NCBI GenBank assembly: GCA_002898015.1
Contig: BDTM01000128.1
Location: 138,418 to 202,417, forward strand
Origin: a bacterium BMS3Bbin03
GTDB lineage: Bacteria > Zhuqueibacterota > JdFR-76 > BMS3Abin05
Direction of reading: 5' to 3'
DNA length: 64,000 nucleotides
Both the position numbers and the translations under genes were made by a program. This document shows, piece by piece, positions 10,765-20,700 of the stretch. The notes under the pieces are model-generated. The model was not told the DNA's origin. It saw only the letters and a list, made by a program, of their open reading frames with translations, and searched no databases. Each line of letters begins with the position of its first letter. Positions within the stretch are counted from its first letter, which is position 1.

Positions 10765-11259
10765 ATGAAATATCGAATGAAATTTATGCAATCCATTGTC
10801 CTGACCGTCTTTTTGTTGGTATTTGGGACAAACGGTGCATGGGCGTCTGTGAGTCAAGCATCCGTAAAGCCTCTTTCTCCCGATGCAGGAAAAGCCTCGG
10901 TTTACGAAATTACGTTCAGCCTGTCCGATCCGTTTCCCTCTGCCGGAACCGTCGTTTTGGAATTTCCGGCCGATTTTGATTTGTCTCAGGCTATTCTGGC
11001 GGGCTCCCCAAACGTGAACGGCGGGTTCAAGGTGTTTGTGGACGGACAAAAATTGATTGTGCGCCGAAGCGGATTGGGCCAGGCCGTGCCGGCAGGAAAA
11101 GGGATTGTGATTCGCGTGGCCAATATTCAGAACCCGAAAACTGCCGGCCAATATAGCCTTTCTGTCAGAATAATGGTGGGGAAAAAGATGTTGGGTGAGC
11201 GCAATTCTGTTTCTTTTTCGATTCAGCCGAAAAGAAAACAGGCGAAGCCCATTCGGTAA
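10765..11259 (+). CDS. Small secreted protein, paralog of the N-terminal domain of the downstream giant surface protein
   Basis: Signal peptide MKYRMKFMQSIVLTVFLLVFGTNGAWA. Residues 30-150 align with residues 30-160 of the 3793-aa protein: AGKASVYEITFSLSDPFPSAGTVVLEF against AGDNAIYTVPFTPTNPLPANGKIVIQF, and GKGIVIRVANIQNPKTAGQYSLSV against NQLDISFANVGNSTASGTYSLTV. Confidence 0.6.
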   Translation: MKYRMKFMQSIVLTVFLLVFGTNGAWASVSQASVKPLSPDAGKASVYEITFSLSDPFPSAGTVVLEFPADFDLSQAILAGSPNVNGGFKVFVDGQKLIVRRSGLGQAVPAGKGIVIRVANIQNPKTAGQYSLSVRIMVGKKMLGERNSVSFSIQPKRKQAKPIR

Positions 11260-11298
11260 ACTTGTTTGTTTTTTTGGCAAACAAAAGAGGTTTTGATT

Positions 11299-11490
11299 AT
11301 GAAAAAAATAAAATTCGTTTTCTGGAAAGATCAAGATAAGTGGCTCGGATATTTGGAAGAGTATCCGGACTATTGGACGGAAGGGGATACGCTTGAGGAG
11401 CTAAAGGAAAATCTTAAAGATATTTATAAAGATTTGACAGGCGGACACATTCCTTACGCAAGAAAAGTGGCTGAGCTTGAAGTGGTATGA
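11299..11490 (+). CDS. hicB: HicB-family antitoxin (UPF0150/RNase H-like fold)
   Basis: AAAGAGG RBS then ATG 11299. MKKIKFVFWKDQDKWLGYLEEYPDYWTEGDTLEELKENLKDIYKDL matches the HicB N-terminal domain pattern (...GDTLEEA.EN..EA...). Its stop overlaps the hicA start as ATGA. Confidence 0.6.
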   Translation: MKKIKFVFWKDQDKWLGYLEEYPDYWTEGDTLEELKENLKDIYKDLTGGHIPYARKVAELEVV

Positions 11491-11666
11491 AAAGGAATGC
11501 GTTAATAAAAAAATTAAATGAAATGGGATGTGTTATGATTCGTCATGGCAGCCGTCACGATTGGTACCAAAATCCAATGACAAAAATATTACAACCCGTT
11601 CCACGGCATAGAGAAATAAATGATCTTCTGGCAAAGCATATTATCAAAATGCTCAAAAACAATTAA
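11487..11666 (+). CDS. hicA: HicA-family mRNA interferase toxin (59 aa; absent from the ORF track)
   Basis: ATG 11487 overlaps the hicB stop by 4 bp. Translation is MKRNALIKKLNEMGCVMIRHGSRHDWYQNPMTKILQPVPRHREINDLLAKHIIKMLKNN*. HicA hallmarks present: a GS[HR]H motif and a conserved P.H motif followed by a hydrophobic segment (HIIKML). Confidence 0.65.
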   Translation: MKRNALIKKLNEMGCVMIRHGSRHDWYQNPMTKILQPVPRHREINDLLAKHIIKMLKNN

Positions 11667-11717
11667 AATTAGAGATTCAATAGAATTTAAAAACACTTTT
11701 TAAATAATGGTTGCCCT

Positions 11718-14700
11718 ATGAAGCGAATTGTTGGAATTCTTCATTTTTCTGTTCTATTTTTTTTGAGTGCCAGTACCCTTTTGGCCGGTACCGTCGGTAC
11801 CATTACTCTTTCCAGTTATAAAGCCGGTGACAATGCTATCTACACCGTACCATTTACCCCCACAAACCCCCTGCCTGCAAACGGCAAAATAGTCATTCAG
11901 TTTTCCAGCAGCAGTTTTACGACATCATCCGTTTCCTTGGCGGCATCGAATAACGCAAATCTGGACGGCGGCCTGTCGATCGAGTCTAACACATCGCCAA
12001 CGGTTGTGATTGTGAGAGACGGCACGGGAACGGTGACCACGGGCGGCAATCAATTAGATATTTCTTTTGCAAATGTTGGCAATAGTACCGCTTCCGGAAC
12101 CTATAGCCTGACCGTGACGCTTCAGGACAATGGCGGAACGGACATTGAAACAGTCGGCAGCGGAAGTTTTACAATCACTCCTGCAGATCTGGATCATTTC
12201 GCATTTGGGGGTATTTCCAGCGAAGTAGCTGGCACAAATTTTGGGATTACCATCACAGCGCAGGATGCTTACAACAACACCATCACGACTGCAAATTATT
12301 CACTCACGTTAACCGATGACACGGGCACCTTAACGACCATTTCAGCCGGAACCTGGTTAAGTGGGGTGATTCAACCCACGGTAAACATTACAAAGGCCGC
12401 AGCATCCGACAAAATTACTGCCACGGGAAACGGGATTTCCTCGGCATCCGGGGGTTTTGCCGTTGATGCGGCCGGTGTGGCCTCTTTCACGTTCGCAACC
12501 ATTTCTTCTCCGCAAACAGCCGGAGGGGCTGGCTTCAACATTACCATTACGGCGAAGGATGTCTACGACAATGTGGCAACCGGTTTTACAGGTTCGGTTA
12601 ATTTATCCGTCAATAAGGGGGATGTTTCACCGGCCGTGACCGGAAGTTTTACAACCGGCGTTCTTACTAATTTTAATGTAACCATTAACACCGCGAACAC
12701 CGACATTCAAATAACCGCTGATGATGGCAGTCACACCGGCACGTCGAATGCCTTTAATGTCAATCCGGGCCCGGTGGCTTCATTCAGCATTTCTTCCATT
12801 AGTACCCAGGCGGCGGGAGAGCCGTTCACCCTTACCGTCACCGCCGAAGACGCCCAGGGCAACACCGCCACGTCTTTTGCCGGCACGGTGGATATTTCAG
12901 ACGGCACGGGGACCATTTCTCCGACCACCAGCGGGAGCTTTTCCAATGGGATCTGGAGCGGAAGCGTTACCATCACCGGTACACAGACCGGCAACACGAT
13001 TACTGTGACCAATGCCGCGGGTACTGAAAGCGGAACGTCCAATACGTTTGATGTCGCGGCTTCGGATGTGGCGTCATTTGAAATTAGCTCTGTTGCTTCT
13101 CCACAAACAGCAGGTGCCTCTTTTTCGATTACCATTACGGCGAAAGATGCCAACGGCAACACCGCTACCTCTTTTACCGGAACGGCTTCTCTCTCTGATT
13201 CCACCGGTACCATTTCGCCGAAACTGACCGGAAATTTCAGCGGCGGAACCTGGACGGAGGATGTAACGATTACCCAAACCTTTTCGAATAACCAGATTGT
13301 GGTTTCGGCGGTTGGAAAATCCGGTTCATCCAACGCGTTCAATGTGAATCCCGCGGCGCTGGATCATTTCACGCTGGATGCGATCAATTCCCCCCGGACG
13401 GCCGGAACGGCCTTTAATTTGACCATTACGGCAAAAGATGCGTATGAAAATACTGTTACATCCTACACCGGAACACCGACAATCTCCAACACCACAGGGA
13501 CGATTTCTCCGACCACCGCCGGGGCCTTTTCGAACGGGGTGCGAACGGAATCGGTCACCATTACAAAGGCCGCCTCCAGCGACCAGATTACTGTGACCGA
13601 TGGGACAAAAACCGGCACATCCAATACATTTACGGTTGATGCAGGCGCATTGAACTACATTGTAATAGAAGATGCTCCGGATGGCACCGGCTCAGCCGTT
13701 GGCGATTTTTCAAAAACGACCGATGAAAATACGGCGTTATTTGCGGTGGGATACGATGTAAACAATAACTTCTATGGAAATGTGACGGTTACCTGGTCCG
13801 TGTCGGGGGGAATCGGAACGGTCAGTCCCTCGTCGGGCGCAAACACGGTTTTTAATCCGACGACAACCGGTACGGGAAGTGTCTCGGCCGCTGACGGCAG
13901 CGGCCACACGGACGCCACGGGAACGATTACCGTAACCGCCGGAAATCTTGCAAGTCTGCAAATCCGCGATGCGGCGGGCGGCGGCGGGAGTGTTATCGGA
14001 AATTACCTGATGACCACCGATCAATCGCTGACGGTGTACGCGGCCGGTTACGATGCAGATGGGAACTACATCTCGGATCAATCGGTGACCTGGTCCTCAA
14101 CCGGTTTATCTCCCTCGGTCAGCGAAACCGGGACGTCTGCCACATTTTCTCCGACGGCCACCGGAAGCGGTACCATTACGGCCACAAGCGGCAGTCTTTC
14201 GGCCCACACGGGAGCGATTACCGTTTCTGCCGGGGCATTGGCGGCGATTAAAATCCGGGATGAAGCCGGCGGCGGGGGGGCAGAAGTCACAACGGTCTCG
14301 ATGACGACCGATGAGTCCCGTACCTTTTACGCGGCGGGCTACGATGCGGACGGCAATTACAAAGAAGACGTTTCGGTTACCTGGGCATCGACAGGGAACC
14401 TTTTCCCTGCGGTCTCTTCTGCCGGAACGAGTGTGACCTTTGCTCCGGATAGTGCAGGCAAAAGCGGTACGGTTACAGCCGACGCCGGCAGCGGGATTAC
14501 AGATGCCACCGGACTAATTTCTGTAAGTGTGGGCGCTTTGAAATATGTGAAAATTGTGGCAGGGGCGTCCGGAAATGGTGCCGAATACACCACCGGCACA
14601 TTTTCGCCCGGCGACCAGCAGGTTTTCCACGCCGCGGGTTACGATGCCGACGGCAATTACATTGCGGACGAATCCGTGACCTGGAGTCTGACCGGTTCCA

Positions 14701-17700
14701 TTGGAAGTTTAAGCGACGCCACCGGAACAAGCACCATATTTACGGCAAATACGGTCGGCCAGGGGAGTATTACGGCGGATCATCCCACGGCGCTGGATGA
14801 TGCCACGGGGACGCTAACGGTGGTTGAGGGAAATCTGGATCACATTGTGATCCGCGACGCCCCCGGGGGAGCCGGTAGTGTGGTGGGAAACGTTAACATG
14901 ACAGCCGATCAGACGATTACCCTGTATGCAGCCGGCTACGATGCTGCGAGTAATTACCTGGGCGATTACAGCGTCACCTGGTCCCTTTCTTCCGGAAACC
15001 TGGTTCCGGTGCCGAACGGCTCGGCAAGCAGCTTTACATTTAGTCCGACCACGGCCCCGACGTCCGGGGTGATCAAGGCAAGTTACAATTCATCTATTAC
15101 AAATGTTACCGGCACGATTTCTGTCTCGGTAGGCGCACTGGCGCGTATTCAAATTCGGGATGCGGCCAACAACGGCGGTTCCGAAGTGACCACGCACACC
15201 ATGACGACCGATGAAACCTACACGGTTTGGACCGCGGGTTACGATGCCGACGGCAATTTTATTGCGGACACCACCGTCAATTGGACCTCTTCCGGATTAA
15301 CGCCGGCTCTTTCTTCAACCGGCAGAAGTGTCGTAATCGACCCAAGCAAGCCCGGAACGGCTACCATTACGGCAACTGAACCCAATTCGGGCCTGACGGA
15401 CAACACGGGGGCCATCATTGTTAACCCGGGCGCCGTGAGTTACCTTCTGGTTAGAAGCGAAGCCGGCGGAGGCGGCACAGAAGTGGGCGACATGACGCTG
15501 ACCCTGGATGATAAACTGACCTTGTACGCCGCGGGCTACGATGCCGAAAACAATTATTCCCGGGATGTTGCGGCGGCCTGGAGCGTGAGTACGGGAGATC
15601 TGGATGCGCCCAGCCCCGCCACCGGAACAAGCACCGTGTTTAGTCCGTCCACGCCGGGGACCAGCGGTAAAATCAAGGCGGACAGCACCGGAATTATCGG
15701 GGATGAAACCGGGACCCTTACGGTTGGAAACATTTCATACGTGAAAATTCGAGATGCATCGGGCGGTGCCGGCAATGAAGTCGGAAATCTCTTGCTGACG
15801 GCGGATGAGTCCATCACGCTTTATGCCGCCGGGTACGATGCGGGGAATAATTACATCGGTGATGTTCAGGTGACCTGGAGTTCCACCGGTACATTAGCAC
15901 CGGCTGTTTCCGGAACCGGTACGTCTGTTACGTTTTCGCCCACAACGGCACCGGCCAGCGGTACCATCCTTGCCCATCACATTACGGCCACGGATGATGC
16001 AACGGGCACTATTACAGTGACCCCCGGTGTGCCGGTAGGCACGATTTCTCTTTCCGCTTCTCCCACGGCCATTCCGGCAGATGGCAGCAGCACATCTACC
16101 ATTACATCTGGTGTTATCAAAGATTCGGACGGCAACCCGGCGGCCCAGGGAACGCTGATTACCGTGAGCACCAGCCTGGGAACCATTACGACGTCGGATG
16201 CCAGTGCCTCCTATTCCGGAATACAGGTTGGAGCAGATTCCAACGGCAGGATTTCGTTCACGCTGCGGGCGCCCACGTCCGGGGGAACGTCTTACATCTC
16301 AGCCGCCAGCGTGGGGGGGAGCGCCACCGGCAGCACGACCGTGCAGATAACCAATCTTCGAATCGTGAGTATTTCATCGGATTATTCAACGGTGAGTCAG
16401 GGTCAAACAAATATTTCTGTCCGAATGGTGGTTGAAAATCTGGGCAGTGCTCCCCTGGAAACGGCCACTGCCAATTTAACATTTACAGACATGAATGGGA
16501 CGGATCGCACGGGCGAATACTCGGGTATTTCCGAAACAGGCATTACGGTTTCTGCGGGCGCCACACAAACAGTAAATTTTTTAATTTCGGTGGGCAGTTC
16601 CGCCACAACAGGTTCCATTATTATTGACGGGAATATCAGCGGGACGGTGAGCGGCAACTCCGTGGGTGCCGGCGGGGCAGCCACACCCTATAGTTGGACC
16701 GTGCAGACACCGGCGGTGCTTGAAATTCTATCCGTTCAAACGAACCCGGACAGCGTGAGTCAGGGGCAGCAGAGTGTTTCGGTTGTGATGACGGTTCGAA
16801 ATGCGGGACAGGCCAGTGCCACCATTGATTCGCTGAAATTGGCCTTTAAAAATGGCGCTGCAGATGTGACGGGCGACTATATTCAATCGGCCGCTTCCGG
16901 AAATCCGGCTCAAATATTGGGCGGCGCCACGGAACAATTTGCCGTTTTAGTCGATGTCCTCGCTTCGGCTGCCACCGGTACCGTGACTCTTGACGGCGCC
17001 ATTTACGGAAAAGATGATAATTCATTGAATCTGATTTCCGATACCGGTGCGAACACCACGGATTCGTGGGTGGTTGCCGAGGCGGCCGCCTTTCAAATTA
17101 CCGCCATGGTGCCTTCGCAGCCCGCGGTAACTGCCGGACAAACCCGGAGCTGGACAATCAAAATGGCGGTGGAAAACAACAGCAAATCAATCATCGATCT
17201 GGATCTGGATCCCGCAAAAACCTATCTTAAATTTATCATTGGGAGCGATGTGACGTCTCAATATTCAATTACCACCCCAACCGCTCTTTTGGGCGGGGGA
17301 ATCCGATTGAATGCCGGGGCAAAAGACACGTTGGAATTTGTGGTGAACATAACCGGAACAACGGCAGGAATTGCCGCGATTAATGGATTCGTAACAGGAT
17401 CAGACGTGGTTTCCGGCAAAACAATTACGGACGACACCAATGACACGGGCTCGGGTTCGGTTACCGTGCAGACGCCGGCCGCAATAAGGGTAACGGCGGT
17501 AACACCCTCACAGGATTCGGTGAGCAGCGGGCAAACCGCCTCCTGGAACGTCACCGTTGCCGTTGAAAATACGGGACAAAGCAAGGCGACGCTCTCTCTC
17601 GACAGCACGTTTCTGGGTTTTCGCAGCGGAACCGGGTACGCTTTTTTAAAACCGTCTCAGTTTCAGGGCGGGGGGCTGGTTCTCGACAGAAATTCTTCCG

Positions 17701-20700
17701 GCGATTTGGTTTTTTCAATCACAAAAACCGCAGCGTTTTCAGGAATAGACACTATCGATGCGACGGTCGGTTTTTTTGAAAATAACAGCGGCCGTTATTT
17801 GGCGGACAGCACCGCCGCGGGAAATTACGGTACGGTAAATGTTCAAACACCCGCTGCCCTTTCCATTCTTAAAGTTCGGCCTTCACAGCCGGTGGTCACA
17901 AAAAATCAATCCAATCACTGGACGGCGATGGTTGTTGTGAAAAACACCGGACAAAGCCGGGCAGCGATTAATTTTCAACAGGCAAGCACATTTTTGTCAT
18001 TCTCCAAAAACGGCGCCCCCCTTTCCGACTACACCGTTCAACAACCCTCGGCCCTGGAGGGCAGCGGCGGAAGCCTTCTCTACGGCGGGAAAACGGACAG
18101 TCTTAAATTTGTGATTACCGCCACGGGTGCCGACACCGGAACGATTGCCATTCATGCGACGTTCGCAGGCGTCGAGGTGAACAGCGGGCGATCCATCAGC
18201 GCAAACACATTTGGCGGAAATAGCGGACAGGTGACGGTTCAGGCACCGCCGGTACTGACGTACATCAGTGGATCATTGAGTCCGAAGAGCGTAAACCGCG
18301 GGAGTAACGCCTCTTTTGATGTGCGGGTGCGAAATTCGGGGGGTGCCACGCTGGTGCTTTCACCGTCGGAAACCAAATTTTCCTTTTCGGATGGCGTCCA
18401 CGCCTTCGAAGCCGTGCTGAATGATAATGTGGTGACGGAAATTCAGCCGGGTGACACGACGCTTGTTTTTGTCTCTACCCTTGTTCCTGAACTGCTGGCA
18501 ACCGGAAAATACGCGCCGGCGATTACACTCAGCGGCACGCAAAACGGAAATGCATTTCAGACCGGCTTGACCACCGATTCCAATGAGCTGGAAGTTCTTG
18601 AAAAAGCCGTTTTGGATATTGTGTCCATTACGCCGTCTCAAACGCAAATTACTCAGGGGCAGACAAAAGAATGGTTTATCTGGGTGGGTGTGGCGAACAA
18701 CGGCGGATCGAGTATCCGGCTGGACAGCGCACAGGTTCATTTGTATATTGGACAGGAAGTGACATCCGAGTACAAAATTACGACGCCCGCCGGTTTCTGG
18801 CAGCCGGACAGCACGGAAGACCCGGTGCTCAAGGGACACGACACGGGCAGTTTGCGGTTTGTGGTGACAAAAACCGGTCAAACCACCGGCCCGGCGACGA
18901 TACAGGGACGGCTCTGGGTCACAGACCTTGTCAGCGGCGATCATTTATCGGACCAGACGGACGGCGGAGCGGGAAGTGTGAAGGTTCAGGCGCCGGCGAA
19001 GTTGAAGATCAATTACACGCTCATTTCTCAATCGTCCGTCACAATCGGGCAGGAAGAGGATTGGACGGTCCGCCTGAATCTTTCGAATAACGGCGAAAGC
19101 GATTTGATGATCGACACCAGCCGGATCAAGTCCTATTTAATCTTCAAAATCGGCGGAAGTACGATTAATGATTTTGTTGTAAAACAGCCCACACAGCTTT
19201 ATAATTCACTGGGTTCGGGTCTGGGTACTCTGGTGCTGAAAGGCGGAGAAACCGCACAACTCTGGTTCACGATCGATAAAACTACCATTCACATTGGTTA
19301 TTGTATGATTTATGCCCATGTGACAGGGGTTGAAATAAACAGCGACTCAACCCTTATCGAAGATAATTACGACTCCGGCTGGAATGGCGTGACCATTCAA
19401 TCGGAATCCAGTGTTCAGATTGTGAGCACGGAGAATATGGCGTTGAACAAACCTTACGTGAATACGGGGCAGAATTTTTACATTCGGGTGCAAGTTCGGA
19501 ATAATGGCGGTGAAGCCGTTAAAAATGTAAAGGTAGATTTACAATCAAACGGCATTTCGCAATTTACACCGCAGAAACTCATTTATCGAATTAATTCGGC
19601 GTCGATTTATTCACTCACTTTTCCGGTGAAAGCCTCGGATCAATTTGATTCTACGGAGATTTTCACGGCAAGGATTCTGGAAGCTTTTTCGGTAAACACG
19701 GGCGATACCATTGCAATCGCGCCTGCTGCCGATTCAAGCGACACCACGACAGTTGCACAAATTCAAAAACCGGCTGCGCTTGTGATTAGAGAAGTACACC
19801 CCTCTTCCGATAGTGTGTTGGCCAGTCAAACGGACGAATGGCAAATTTATGTGGTCATACAGGATACCGGAGAAGCCAATATTTTTCTGAATAATTTTAA
19901 GTCAAGCGATATTGTGATTCAAATCAATGGGGAGACGCAGCAGGATTATCTTATCCAGGCGCCGGATTCCTTAATGAACGGCGGCCACATATTGTACGGG
20001 GGGCAAATCGACACACTGATTTACCGGGTAAAAGCCACGGGGCATCTGGGCGGAATCGCAGCTATCAACGCCACAATTACCGGACGTGATGCCAATAATT
20101 TTCACACACTTTCGACATCGAAAAGTGCGAGTGTGACCGTACAAACTTCGGCGGCCATTCAAATTATCGGAACGACTGTATCGGCGCCGCATATTATTGA
20201 AATTGGAAATGCTGAAGTTAATTTAAAACAGAATTTTAAAGTAAATGTTTTTGTCGAAAATAAGGGGAACGAACGGGTTAACGATGCCGTCATTTCACTT
20301 CGTACGAGCGGACAGTCTCAGTTAATCGATACGCTTCAAACAATCGCCTCTATTCCGGCAAGAAGCACGCGTTTTATCCAGTTTGACGTCACGGCCGATT
20401 CAGCGGAAAATTTACTGGGTGAAAATTTCATCTCAAGATTGATCAGCGGGACGGCCTCTGTGAGTCATCTTCCCGCCGTAATCGCGATAGCACTGGATTC
20501 CGTGGCGACGGTTTACATTGAAAAACCGGCACGGTTGGAGCTGCAAGAGAGCATCAACGACAAGGACCGGATTTTATCGGCCAACCAGCTCTTTGAAGTT
20601 CGGGCGGATGTCGTCAACAAAGGGCGCTCCAAAACGCTGGGTACCGGTAAGGTTGTGCTGGCGTTACCGGACAATTACCGGCTGGTCAGAGGCGGAGACA

